Shown: positions 9,668 to 18,991 of the stretch, in pieces | Numbering within the stretch: the first letter of the stretch is position 1 | Layout of the letters: each line of letters starts with the position of its first letter | Source of the DNA: Armatimonadota bacterium | Lineage (GTDB): Bacteria; Armatimonadota; SYMT01 | Assembly (NCBI GenBank): GCA_041690135.1 | Contig: JAWLHY010000001.1 | Span: 1,344,001 to 1,408,000, forward strand | Direction: 5' to 3' | Length of the DNA: 64,000 nt | Notes under the pieces: model-generated | What the model saw: the letters and a program-made list of their open reading frames with translations, nothing else | What the model was told of the DNA's origin: nothing | The model's database searches: none | Program-made: the position numbers and the translations under genes

Positions 9668-9917
9668 TCTTGAAATTACCGCCCTGTAAGAGGCCAGAGT
9701 GAGGCCGCGGAGTTTGCCCGTGGAATGGCCCGGAAGCCGGCGGAAACCAGGCACGCGCACGCGGCGGAAGGAGCGCTCCCCAGCGAGCGTCACGGGAATC
9801 ACGAAAACAGGCGCCCCGACTCCGGTGGGTCCGGGACGCGCAATTATACCGCGCTTTGGGGATTGCCGTGGATGCTTATACCACGAGCACGTGCTGGGGG
9901 TTAAGCCGGCGCTCGGC

Positions 9918-10703
9918 TTAGCGTTCTACCAATCCGCTCCGGCTATCGGTACTTGCCGGCACCAGGCGACCGGTGTGGCCTCTTTCACGGGAATGGGTGC
10001 CGCGGGCGACCAACAAGCGACCCATGCCGGTAGGTACGATCCCGAGCGAGGCATCGAACTGGAAATGTTCGACCCGGTTCAGTGCCTCATTTGCCTTCAA
10101 CAGGATCTTGGGTTCGCCGTAACAGCCGAACCACCAGTGATCGTCGGCGAAGGTTGCGGTCTGGATTCCCATCAGCGTGTAACCGCCGGGGAGCGAGATC
10201 TCCCGGTCGAGTTTGAACGCCGGGTCGTACAGGTAGACGCGGTTCGCGGTTGAGCCAGGCGAGAGGCCACCCACCACCAGAAATTTGCCTGCATGGTAGG
10301 CGATGCCGCCGGCACCATAGATCAGTTCCGGTACGGGATGCCGGGAAAGCAGAGTGAGATCACGCGCGGAGTAGACGTAGACCCAGGAATCGGCCTTTCC
10401 GCCGGGATCGTTGAACTTGCCCAGGTTCACCGCCACGTAGATCTTGCCGTCGTGGTGGCAGAGATCGCCGTGGTGATTGGCGGCAGGCACTTCGGTGATG
10501 CGTTTACCGGCGCGATCCGTCTTGACCATCCGGGTAGTGAACGACCAGAAGATCGCCTCCTCGTCCAGGCACACTCCCTGTAGATGGTGGGGGTAATAGC
10601 CGGGGCAGGTCACCGCACCCGTCGGGGTGCTGCTTTCCGTCGCCCAACCGGGCTTCATACAGAGTAAGGCCGGAATGGCCAGGGCCAGATCCCGTCGTCG
10701 CAT
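9918..10703 (-). CDS. Secreted hypothetical protein, probable beta-propeller
   Basis: MRRRDLALA signal; HHLQGV, HHGDLC, YGAGGIAY, GIQTATF repeats; RBS GGGAGG. Confidence 0.65.
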   Translation of the reverse strand: MRRRDLALAIPALLCMKPGWATESSTPTGAVTCPGYYPHHLQGVCLDEEAIFWSFTTRMVKTDRAGKRITEVPAANHHGDLCHHDGKIYVAVNLGKFNDPGGKADSWVYVYSARDLTLLSRHPVPELIYGAGGIAYHAGKFLVVGGLSPGSTANRVYLYDPAFKLDREISLPGGYTLMGIQTATFADDHWWFGCYGEPKILLKANEALNRVEHFQFDASLGIVPTGMGRLLVARGTHSRERGHTGRLVPASTDSRSGLVER

Positions 10704-10910
10704 CGCTTCCTCCCTTCTCGGTGTATCACGCTGTGTGCTCCCTCCGAAGGTAAACCGGCGCAGGCCCGCAGATTGCTGCCTGTTCCGTATCGCGAACCCT
10801 TGGAAAGGAATGCTGTAGGGAACGTCTCGCAGTAGCGTTCCGTCGGACTGAACCTGATCTCGTTTGGCCAACCCGTAGGGATTCCGGCTTTGGGCCGGTT
10901 CGATGCAGAT

Positions 10911-10956
10911 CAACCAAAAAGGGAGCGCCGCAAGCGCGGCGCTCCCTTTTTGGTTG
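10911..10956. terminator. Bidirectional intrinsic terminator after the ABC/TPR operon
   Basis: CAACCAAAAAGGGAGCGCCGC-AAGC-GCGGCGCTCCCTTTTTGGTTG. Confidence 0.9.
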
Positions 10957-10974
10957 ATGATTCCCAGAGGGAGA

Positions 10975-12450
10975 TCACTCGCTCTTGTAGAGGACCTTCT
11001 TTTCCTTGCCGAGGATGTCGTCACGCTTGAGCACGACAACCTTCTCGACGTAGCGGAGCGGGTACTCTTTGCCTTCCATCCGCGCCCCCCGAGATGCGTC
11101 GACCTTGAGCAACTCGGGAGCGGCGGTGAGTCCCTCACCATTCCAGCCATAGCGGTCCTGGATGAAGGCCGCCTGCAGGCGCGGGTTGAAGGTGAAGACC
11201 ACCTCGAACTCGTCCGCCTTGAGCGGATAGATCTCGGACGGCTGCCGGCCCATGTCGGCCGGATCGCGGTCCAGGTCGATCACGTGCTTGAACTTGCCCT
11301 GGCGAATCTGGACGTTCTCCCACTCCAACGTGCACTCGTTCATCTTGAAGTCGAAGCCGCGTGCCTTGCGGGTGAGATAGTCCTTGTCCTGGAACTGCAC
11401 CCAGATGCGGGCGAGGTTGAGCACGTCGATCGAGCCTTCCACCTGGAGCTTCCGCGGGGCTATCCGGGTGATCGTGAACCGGATCTTCGGATCCGTCTGA
11501 TCGAGCGGCACCAGCTTGCCGGCGCTCAGGCGGGACACCTGGTTGGCAGCCACCTGCCGGTCTTTGGACACGTCCGGATGGCCGGGGAATTCCTTCAGCC
11601 ACTCGTCGGCGAGGGTCAGGTTCTTCTGCCAGAGCCTGTGCGCTTCGGCAGCGTCCTTTGCCCGTTCGGCGGAAGCGGCGAGACGTTCGTTCATCCGGCG
11701 CTCGGTGATGTACAGATTGTGGCGTGCGGCCATCGTATTCGGCCCCGCCGCCTGACCCGGCTTCAGACCCAGGTCTTCCGTGTCTTTCGCCAGCTTGAGG
11801 TTCGTCCGCCACTGCTCCAGCGCCGCATCGATGTCACCCATCTTCTCGACGGCGTGGGCCAGCTGGTGGCGCACGTAGGCCGGGGCGAACTTGTGGCCCG
11901 GTAGCGACGTTCCGCGGGTAGAAGACTCGCGATACGCGTTGACGGCCTGGCGATAGTCCTTGGTTTTGTCGTAGTGCATGTAACCGAGCTCGAAGTACAG
12001 GTCGTACACCGAGTCGTTATTACGACACCCCTCCTCCAGGAACTGGATCCCATCTTCGATGAGACGCTTGTCCATGAAGTTGTAGGCCATGTGCCAGGCG
12101 CCGGTGGCGTACACGTCCAACTGGTGCGGGTCGATGGCCGTGATCTGCCGGACCATTTTCAGGATGGGCCGGTATTCGCCGCGGTGGAAATAGTCGTCCG
12201 CCCGGACCCACATAAGGGAGGCGAGCACTTCGCGCACACCGAGAAGGGTGGGAATGAGGGCCTGGAAGCTCGTTTTGGCCAGAACGGACTTCTCGGCTTC
12301 CTTCTCCCGTACGCCGGCGTCCGCCTCGGGCCGAGCGGCCCGGAGATACTCCTGGTGCCCGGGGCGAAGCACCTCGCTGAGGGCCGCGCTGCCGATGAAG
12401 CAGACCGCCAGGAAGATGAAGAGCAAGCGCCGTTGCGCGTTCGTAAGCAT
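10975..12450 (-). CDS. Membrane-anchored TPR-containing protein (PilG-like partner of the ABC transporter)
   Basis: N-terminal TM; ASLMWVRADDYFH, AIDPHQLDVY, LYFELGYMHY TPR-like helices; operonic with the permease. Confidence 0.7.
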   Translation of the reverse strand: MLTNAQRRLLFIFLAVCFIGSAALSEVLRPGHQEYLRAARPEADAGVREKEAEKSVLAKTSFQALIPTLLGVREVLASLMWVRADDYFHRGEYRPILKMVRQITAIDPHQLDVYATGAWHMAYNFMDKRLIEDGIQFLEEGCRNNDSVYDLYFELGYMHYDKTKDYRQAVNAYRESSTRGTSLPGHKFAPAYVRHQLAHAVEKMGDIDAALEQWRTNLKLAKDTEDLGLKPGQAAGPNTMAARHNLYITERRMNERLAASAERAKDAAEAHRLWQKNLTLADEWLKEFPGHPDVSKDRQVAANQVSRLSAGKLVPLDQTDPKIRFTITRIAPRKLQVEGSIDVLNLARIWVQFQDKDYLTRKARGFDFKMNECTLEWENVQIRQGKFKHVIDLDRDPADMGRQPSEIYPLKADEFEVVFTFNPRLQAAFIQDRYGWNGEGLTAAPELLKVDASRGARMEGKEYPLRYVEKVVVLKRDDILGKEKKVLYKSE

Positions 12451-12451
12451 C

Positions 12452-13273
12452 TTACACTTCTCTCCGATCGAAGACCGCCGCCCCGGCCAGCACGATCACG
12501 AGAGCGTAGGCCACCGCGTAGAGGGAAACTCCCGCGGCATACGCCCAGTGATTGACCTGGAAACCGGCAAAGGGGTGGACGATGCTGCCCATGATGTTGA
12601 AGTCGTGGAAGTGCGGCAGCGCGTAATAGAGCGGCCGGGTCAGGATTCCTTCCGACAGCCCCAGGAACGACTGGAAGCTTCCCACGATCCAGATCAGCGC
12701 CGTCACGGCAAAGTTCACCGTGGGGGCGAGGAAGAGCGACAGCGTAGTGGCGATGGCCGTGATGATGAAGAGCTGGAAATAGAGCACAATGATCGCCCGG
12801 AGCACCAGCAAGAACTCGTGCTGACAACGGGCTAACCATTCATTCATCTTGAACGCCGCCGCCGTGGTCTCGATAGCGCTCGTCTGGGGCTTGGCCGCCA
12901 GTACGAACAGGACCAGGATCAGCGCCACGCTCATCAGTCCGACCATAAAGGCCACGGTCATCGCTCCGCCCAGGAACTTACCCAGGAAGAACTCCCACCG
13001 CTGCACGGGCTTGGCGAGGACCGAATAGATCGTCCGCCGTTCCATCTCCGTGGGGATCAGGTAGACTGCGGTGGTAATGGAGATCAGTGCCCCGAAGATC
13101 AGGATGATCGTGAGCTGCGTGGACTTGAAGATCGTGCTCTGCTCGCGCGCGGTGAAGTAGTTCAACAGCAGCGCGAGGGTCAGCATGACGAACGCCAGCA
13201 GCAGGAAGATCAGCAGGACCCGCTTGCGGAGACTGTCGCCAAAGGTGTTGCGTGCAATCACCCAGGTATTCAT
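12452..13273 (-). CDS. ABC-2 type transporter permease (PilI/NosY-like)
   Basis: IPTEMERRTIYSVLAKPVQRWEFFLGKFLG; about 6 TM; C-terminal FDRREV. Confidence 0.88.
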   Translation of the reverse strand: MNTWVIARNTFGDSLRKRVLLIFLLLAFVMLTLALLLNYFTAREQSTIFKSTQLTIILIFGALISITTAVYLIPTEMERRTIYSVLAKPVQRWEFFLGKFLGGAMTVAFMVGLMSVALILVLFVLAAKPQTSAIETTAAAFKMNEWLARCQHEFLLVLRAIIVLYFQLFIITAIATTLSLFLAPTVNFAVTALIWIVGSFQSFLGLSEGILTRPLYYALPHFHDFNIMGSIVHPFAGFQVNHWAYAAGVSLYAVAYALVIVLAGAAVFDRREV

Positions 13274-14229
13274 TAGTCCCTCGTCAGGGTGTTCATCGTG
13301 CCGATGCGGCGATGCGGACCGGCGAGGCCGACGGTTTCAACAAAGATCTCTTCCAGCGACCGCTTCAGCGGCACCACGGAGATAACGCGGCCGCGGGCTC
13401 CCCGGATCACGTCGAGGATGTCGTTGACCAGATTCTCGTCGCTGCAGGTGACGACGATCTTCTCGTTGTCGCTCTTCACGGCGCCCGTCAGTTCGGTGAG
13501 CCTGCCGGTCACCTCGGCCGGTACGCCGGTGGCCGTGATCTCCGTGCGCCCCTCCGCCACCAGTTCATCCACGCGGCCGGCCTTCACCAGCTTGCCGTAG
13601 TTGAGGATGCAGATGCGGTCGCAAACCAGTTCCACATCGGAAAGCTGGTGGCTGCTGAGGAAGACCGTCTTCCCCTGGTCGCGCAGCGATTCGATGAGGT
13701 TGCGGATCTCGATGTGCGCCACGGGATCGAGACCGGAAGTCGGCTCGTCGAAGATCAGCAGCTTGGGATCGTTGATCAGCGCCTGGGCGATCCCGACGCG
13801 CTGCATCATGCCCTTGGAATACTGCTTGAGCTGTTTCGCCTTGTCGTTCCGCAGCCCAACCAGGTCCAGCAGCGAATCCACCCGCTTCGCCCGGTCTTTC
13901 GCCGGGATGCCGAACAGGCGGCCGTAGAAGTCCAGCAGTTCCCCGCCCGTCAGGTGGTCGTAGAAGTAGGGGTTCTCCGGCAGATAGCTGACCAGGCGCC
14001 GCATCTCCTGCGCGCCGGCCGGGTACCCCAGCACCTCGGCCTTCCCGCCATCGGGGAAGATCAAGCCGAGCAGCATCTTGATCGTGGTCGTCTTCCCGGC
14101 CCCGTTGGGCCCGAGGAACCCGAAGATCTCGCCGGTTTCCACCTCGAGGTCCAGGTGATCCACGGCCACTACTTCACCGCGCTGGAAAAATCGCTTGGTG
14201 AGTCCTTCAGCGCGTATTGCTACGGCCAT
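13273..14229 (-). CDS. ABC transporter ATP-binding protein
   Basis: Walker A GPNGAGKT, signature YSKGMMQR, Walker B LLIFDEPTSGLD, H-loop SSH. Confidence 0.95.
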   Translation of the reverse strand: MAVAIRAEGLTKRFFQRGEVVAVDHLDLEVETGEIFGFLGPNGAGKTTTIKMLLGLIFPDGGKAEVLGYPAGAQEMRRLVSYLPENPYFYDHLTGGELLDFYGRLFGIPAKDRAKRVDSLLDLVGLRNDKAKQLKQYSKGMMQRVGIAQALINDPKLLIFDEPTSGLDPVAHIEIRNLIESLRDQGKTVFLSSHQLSDVELVCDRICILNYGKLVKAGRVDELVAEGRTEITATGVPAEVTGRLTELTGAVKSDNEKIVVTCSDENLVNDILDVIRGARGRVISVVPLKRSLEEIFVETVGLAGPHRRIGTMNTLTRD

Positions 14230-14373
14230 GTGGGTAGCGTCCTCCGTATGAATGCGTTGCGACAGCAGCTTGCGGCCTTACAGAGCTGTGTGTAGGAGTG
14301 GGCCTGTGGGCCGGTCGTCAGGATGAGGTTGAAACAAGTGCTCCAGGCAGGCTGCCCTGAACACACCATCACA

Positions 14374-14400
14374 TACGCCCGCCCATTTCCGGGGAGTTCC
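14374..14400 (-). promoter_or_regulatory. Possible ECF-sigma promoter for the ABC operon
   Basis: Minus strand GGAACT-17 nt-CGTA about 150 nt upstream of the start. Confidence 0.25.
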
Positions 14401-14505
14401 GAAGTTTTGCGCTCTCCTTGCGAACGGTGTCGCCCCTGACAGCCTGCTTTGGAGGGTGCTTTGTAGTGGTGATTTTCAAGGAATGAAAAAATTTTCGAAA
14501 TCTAC

Positions 14506-14534
14506 TTGCGCACCATAAGTCCGACTGCTACAAT
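14506..14534 (+). promoter_or_regulatory. Sigma-70 promoter
   Basis: TTGCGC-17 nt-TACAAT with extended -10 TG, preceded by an A/T-rich UP-like tract. Confidence 0.8.
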
Positions 14535-14539
14535 ATGCC

Positions 14540-14610
14540 TGCGTGAAACCTCATTTTCACCTCCTTTCGTAGCGACTGACCTGCCGGGTTAAACCGGCAG
14601 GTTTTTTTTT
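14540..14610 (+). ncRNA. Candidate ~70-nt small RNA or attenuator carrying an anti-Shine-Dalgarno sequence
   Basis: Lies between a promoter and a terminator; 5' hairpin GTGAAA/TTTCAC; contains CACCTCCTTTC. Confidence 0.6.
14579..14610 (+). terminator. Strong intrinsic terminator
   Basis: ACCTGCCGG-GTTAAA-CCGGCAGG followed by T9. Confidence 0.9.
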
Positions 14611-14632
14611 CGCCGGGACCCTATCTATAGAG

Positions 14633-15397
14633 GTGAAACCCAGGATCGGAATAACCAGTGGCGTGCGCCCGGGATGGGCGCCCAAAGGCGAAACCTGGCG
14701 TCCCTACGCCGAGGCGATCGCGCTCGCCGGGGGCGAACCGGTGCATCTCGGCCCGGATCTCCTCGGACGGGAACGCGCGGTACTGTTAGAACTTGAGGGT
14801 GTGCTGTTTTCGGGCGGCAACGACGTGGACCTCGACCTTTATCCCAACCCTCCTGAACTGGGGATGGGGCGGGAAGAAGCGATCCGCCGATTCCGCCTCG
14901 TGCCCGAGCCCGACCGCGACCGTTACGAGCTGGCGCTGCTCCAGGAAGTGCTGGCCCGGGATCTCCCGATCCTGGGAATCTGCCGGGGCTGCCAGGTGAT
15001 GAACATCGGCTTGGGCGGCCGCTTGATTCTCGATATTCCCACCCAGGTGTCTACGCAGATCCGTCACCCCGCCCACGCCGAAGGAGAGGCGCACAGCTCG
15101 TCTCACGATCTCCATATTCAGGACGCAACGGCGCTGGCCGCAGTCCTGAGCCCCCAGGTGTACACGGTCTGCAACAGCCGCCACCACCAGGCGGTGGATC
15201 CCGTGGACTCGCTGCCGAAATGCGTGCGGATTTCCGCTTACTCGCCGGTCGACGGCCTGGTGGAAGCGATCGAGATCACCGGGCGCCGCTGGGCCATCGG
15301 GGTGCAGTGGCATCCCGAACACCCGCGCGACCACGAAGTCCGCACCCGGTACGCTCCTCTTTTCCGCGCCTTTGTCGAGGCCTGCATGGCCTCTTGA
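14633..15397 (+). CDS. Gamma-glutamyl-gamma-aminobutyrate hydrolase family (peptidase C26, class I glutamine amidotransferase)
   Basis: KPRIGIT, SGGNDVD, LGICRGCQ, NSRHHQAV, GVQWHPE. Confidence 0.9.
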   Translation: MKPRIGITSGVRPGWAPKGETWRPYAEAIALAGGEPVHLGPDLLGRERAVLLELEGVLFSGGNDVDLDLYPNPPELGMGREEAIRRFRLVPEPDRDRYELALLQEVLARDLPILGICRGCQVMNIGLGGRLILDIPTQVSTQIRHPAHAEGEAHSSSHDLHIQDATALAAVLSPQVYTVCNSRHHQAVDPVDSLPKCVRISAYSPVDGLVEAIEITGRRWAIGVQWHPEHPRDHEVRTRYAPLFRAFVEACMAS

Positions 15398-15418
15398 ACG
15401 TAGGAGTTCCCACGCACT

Positions 15419-16963
15419 ATGAGCAGTTCTGCCCCCCAGGTCTTGTTTCTCCGGGAAGGTGACGATGTCGCCGTCGCCTGCCGCCCGCTTTCCGCCGGGT
15501 CGGTGGTCGCGGTAAATGGCAGCGAAGTCCAGTTGCGGACGGACGTTCCCGCCGGTCACAAGATCGCCCTGCACCTCGTTCGGGAAGGCGATCCGGTCCG
15601 GAAATACGGCCAGATCATCGGGTTCGCCACTCGCAGCATCGAACCGGGCGACCACGTCCACGTCCAGAACATGGCGGTCAAACCGCTGCAACTGGACTAC
15701 GAGTACTCCACGGCGGTCCCCGAGGTACAGTACGTGCCGGAAGCGGAGCGCCGCACCTTTCAGGGCTTCAAGCGCCCGGATGGCCGCGTGGGCACGCGTA
15801 ACTACCTGGCCGTCGTTTCTACGGTCAACTGTTCCGCCTCTGTGAGCCGCTTCATCGCCGAGCGCTTCCGGGGAGACGCGCTGAAAGAGTTCCCGAACGT
15901 TGATGGTGTGATCGCGGTCAAGCACATGACCGGCTGCGGCATGAATATCAACGGCGAAGACCTGCGCATGCTGGAGCGTACGCTGGCCGGTTATGCGCGG
16001 CACGCCAACGTGGCCGGGTACATCGTGGTGGGCCTGGGCTGCGAGGTCAACCAGGCCGTAAGCATGGTCCAGCACACCAACCTGATCTCCCTCGGCACGC
16101 CGAGCCGGGTTCCCACGGTCGTCTCGATTCAGGAAGAAGGCGGCGTGACGAAGGCCGTCGAACGCGGCATCAAGGAGATCGCGGCGCTCCTCCCCTATGC
16201 GAACGGCTTCACCCGCTCCACCCAGCCCGCCTCGGAGCTCTTCGTGGCCACGAACTGCGGCGGCAGCGACGGCAACTCGGGCGTAACCGCCAACCCGGCC
16301 GTCGGCTGGATGACGGACGAAATGGTCCGGCATGGCGGGACCTCGGTCCTGGCGGAGACCAGCGAGACCTACGGCGCCGAACACCTGCTCACGCGGCGCG
16401 CCGTGAGCCGCGAAGTGGGTGAAAAGCTGGTGGCGTTGATGCGGTGGTGGGAGAAGTACACCTCCATGCACGGCGCCGAGATCGACAACAACCCCTCGCC
16501 GGGCAACAAGGCGGGCGGCCTCACCACCATCTATGAGAAGTCGCTCGGCGCCCTGGCGAAGGGCGGCACGAGCCCGCTGGTGGACGTGCTCCAGTTCGCC
16601 GAACCGATCCGCAAGCGTGGCTTCCTCTTCATGGACACGCCGGGACACGATCCCGTCTCCATCACCGGGCTGGTGGCCGGTGGCTGCAACGTGGTGGTCT
16701 TCACCACGGGGCGCGGCTCCGTGTTCGGCTGCAAGCCGGCGCCGAGCATCAAAGTGGCCACGAACACTCGCCTGTTCGAGCATATGAACGACGACATGGA
16801 CATCAACGCCGGCGTGATCCTGGAAGGGGCCTCGGTGCCGGACGTGGGTCGCGTCCTCTTCGAGAAGATCCTCTCCGTGGCCAGCGGCGAGCGCACGAAG
16901 AGCGAACTGAGCGGAATCGGAGACGAAGAGTTCGTGCCGTGGATGACCGGCGCGGTGCTGTAA
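15419..16963 (+). CDS. uxaA: Altronate/galactarate dehydratase family (SAF + UxaA domain)
   Basis: VPAGHKIAL, KYGQIIG, HVHVQN, GRVGTRNY, CGGSDGNSG, NPSPGNKAGGLTTIYEKSLG. Confidence 0.9.
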   Translation: MSSSAPQVLFLREGDDVAVACRPLSAGSVVAVNGSEVQLRTDVPAGHKIALHLVREGDPVRKYGQIIGFATRSIEPGDHVHVQNMAVKPLQLDYEYSTAVPEVQYVPEAERRTFQGFKRPDGRVGTRNYLAVVSTVNCSASVSRFIAERFRGDALKEFPNVDGVIAVKHMTGCGMNINGEDLRMLERTLAGYARHANVAGYIVVGLGCEVNQAVSMVQHTNLISLGTPSRVPTVVSIQEEGGVTKAVERGIKEIAALLPYANGFTRSTQPASELFVATNCGGSDGNSGVTANPAVGWMTDEMVRHGGTSVLAETSETYGAEHLLTRRAVSREVGEKLVALMRWWEKYTSMHGAEIDNNPSPGNKAGGLTTIYEKSLGALAKGGTSPLVDVLQFAEPIRKRGFLFMDTPGHDPVSITGLVAGGCNVVVFTTGRGSVFGCKPAPSIKVATNTRLFEHMNDDMDINAGVILEGASVPDVGRVLFEKILSVASGERTKSELSGIGDEEFVPWMTGAVL

Positions 16964-16997
16964 CTGCTTGCACCAGAGCGCCCCACCGCGTACTTTC

Positions 16998-17035
16998 GAA
17001 GCGGGGGCGGATGGGTACCCATCCGCCCCCGCTTC
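16998..17035. terminator. Perfect 38-bp palindrome after uxaA (terminator or stabilising hairpin)
   Basis: GAAGCGGGGGCGGATGGGTACCCATCCGCCCCCGCTTC; only a weak U-tail. Confidence 0.7.
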
Positions 17036-17074
17036 TTGCGGGTGATTGCGATCGAATCGGACAGGAGCGGGCCA

Positions 17075-17719
17075 ATGGAGATCGAAGAGAGGCTGGCACT
17101 CGTGGAGGCGCGTCTGGCGCGCTCGGAGCAGCGAGAGGCACGTTACCGGCGTACCGCCCTGGCTTCGCTGGCTCTGGTGCTGGGGGTGGGTTTCCTCGCG
17201 CTGGCTAGGCCCGCGGAAACGGACAAGGTGGGGACCGAACTGAAGGGCCCGGTCAGCATCGTGGACAAAGACGGGCGGACCATCTTCGAGATGGGCTCCG
17301 GGAACGGAATGCCCTACCTCCTGATGTTGAACGACCAGCAGGAACTGGTGGCGCGGATCGGCGGGTCTACCGAGACGGGCGGCGGCTTCCTCGACCTGCT
17401 CCACTCGACGGGGCGCGAGGGTCTCAAGCTGGCGCTGGATGATTACGGCGGGTCCGTGCGGACCTTCGACAAGAAGCGGCGACCCCGCGTGACCATCGAC
17501 GGGGACCGTCACGGTGGGCGGGTAGTCCTCTCCGATACTGAAGGCTCCTTCAAAGGCTGGTTCCACATGCGGGAACGGGGCGGCGTGCTGCTATTGAGCG
17601 GCAACGAACTGAAGAATACCGCCTACCTGGGCCCCGCGGAAGACGACGCGGGACAGTTAATTCTCTACACCCCCCAGGACCAGAAGGGGAACCGGATCGC
17701 CCCCGAGAAGAAGCAGTAG
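17075..17719 (+). CDS. Hypothetical protein: coiled coil, TM helix and Gly-rich beta repeats
   Basis: MEIEERLALVEARL, hydrophobic helix, then ~22-aa GG-x-L repeats; RBS AGGAG. Confidence 0.7.
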   Translation: MEIEERLALVEARLARSEQREARYRRTALASLALVLGVGFLALARPAETDKVGTELKGPVSIVDKDGRTIFEMGSGNGMPYLLMLNDQQELVARIGGSTETGGGFLDLLHSTGREGLKLALDDYGGSVRTFDKKRRPRVTIDGDRHGGRVVLSDTEGSFKGWFHMRERGGVLLLSGNELKNTAYLGPAEDDAGQLILYTPQDQKGNRIAPEKKQ

Positions 17720-17749
17720 CGTTAGGGGCAACACCTGAATAGAGCGAGA

Positions 17750-18991
17750 GTGAAGACGATGTCTGAGAAGAACCTGGACCGACTGGTCAGAGAAGCCCTG
17801 GAGGCGGGTGAAGGTTTATTGCGGCTGGCGCCCAACTGGGTGCCTCGCTCCTTCCTGATGCCGGGGCGGCGGCTAAAGCTGCACCCGAACGACTACTACG
17901 CCCTCGGCACGCACCGGGGCGGCATCGACGAGCGCTGGTTTGCCTCCACCACGCAGGCCATGAACGAGGGCGCTCCTCCGGATGAGGGCCTGAGTTACGT
18001 GGTCCATGAAGACCACCGCTTTACTCTCCTGGATGCCGTTCAGGCGGCTGGCGCGCAGTTGATCGGGAAGGAGCTCTGGGACAAGTACCAGCGGTGGCCC
18101 GTCTACTCCAAGTTCTTCGACAACATGGGGCCCATCCCCCACCACATGCACCAGGACGACGAGCAGGCCGCCCGGGTGGGGCAGCAGGGAAAGCCGGAAT
18201 CCTACTACTTCCCGCCGCAGTTGAACAACGTCGGCAACAACTTCCCCTACACCTTCTTCGGCCTGGAGCCGGGCACCACCAAGGCGGAGCTCCGCCGCTG
18301 CCTGGAGCGCTGGAACGAGGGCGACAACGGGATTCTCGACCTCTCCAAGGCCAGCCGCCTCAAGCCCGGTACGGGCTGGCTGGTGCCGCCCTGCGTGCTC
18401 CACGCCCCCGGCTCGCTCCTCACCTATGAGCCGCAGTGGGGTTCGGATGTCTTCGCCATGTACCAGTCGATGGTCGAGGGCCGCGCCGTGGGCTGGGACC
18501 TCCTGGTGAAGGACATGCCGGAAGACAAGAAGCAGGATCTCGACTTCATCGTCGAGCAGCTCGACTGGGAAGCCAACACCGACCCGCGCTTCCGCGAGAA
18601 CCACTATCTGGAGCCGATCCTGGCGGACGGCGGTCCCGAAGCGGGCTATGAGGACCGCTGGATCGTCTATGGAAGGATCCGCGGCGAAAGCCTGTTCAGC
18701 GCCAAGGAGCTAACGGTCCAGCCGGGCGCCCGGGCCGTCATCCGCGACCACGGAGCTTCCGGCCTGATTGCGGTCCAGGGCTCCGGGCGGATCGGTCGCC
18801 TCCCCCTCCAGACTCCGGTGATGATCCGCTTCGGAGAGATGACCCAGGACGAAGTCTTCATCACCCAGGAAGCGGCCCAGGGCGGCGTCGAGATCGTGAA
18901 CACCGGCACCGAGCCGCTGGTCACCCTCCGCTACTTCGGCCCCGAGCAGGCCCCCGGCGTCCCCGAAGTCGGCGCCTATCGCAGCGCGTAA
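17750..18991 (+). CDS. Cupin-fold, mannose-6-phosphate-isomerase-like protein
   Basis: PIPHHMHQ, GKPESYYF, VLHAPGS, YEPQWGSD metal-binding pattern. Confidence 0.7.
   Translation: MKTMSEKNLDRLVREALEAGEGLLRLAPNWVPRSFLMPGRRLKLHPNDYYALGTHRGGIDERWFASTTQAMNEGAPPDEGLSYVVHEDHRFTLLDAVQAAGAQLIGKELWDKYQRWPVYSKFFDNMGPIPHHMHQDDEQAARVGQQGKPESYYFPPQLNNVGNNFPYTFFGLEPGTTKAELRRCLERWNEGDNGILDLSKASRLKPGTGWLVPPCVLHAPGSLLTYEPQWGSDVFAMYQSMVEGRAVGWDLLVKDMPEDKKQDLDFIVEQLDWEANTDPRFRENHYLEPILADGGPEAGYEDRWIVYGRIRGESLFSAKELTVQPGARAVIRDHGASGLIAVQGSGRIGRLPLQTPVMIRFGEMTQDEVFITQEAAQGGVEIVNTGTEPLVTLRYFGPEQAPGVPEVGAYRSA

Noticed and set aside
14555-14570. Fragment of a 16S rRNA gene
   Set aside because: Match is limited to about 12 nt; the flanks do not resemble helix 45 or an ITS
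14786-17566. 926-aa minus-strand ORF (also 49600..51819 +, 6932..8182 +, 33084..34214 + and similar)
   Set aside because: Antisense shadows of well-supported genes in GC-rich DNA; no motifs of their own
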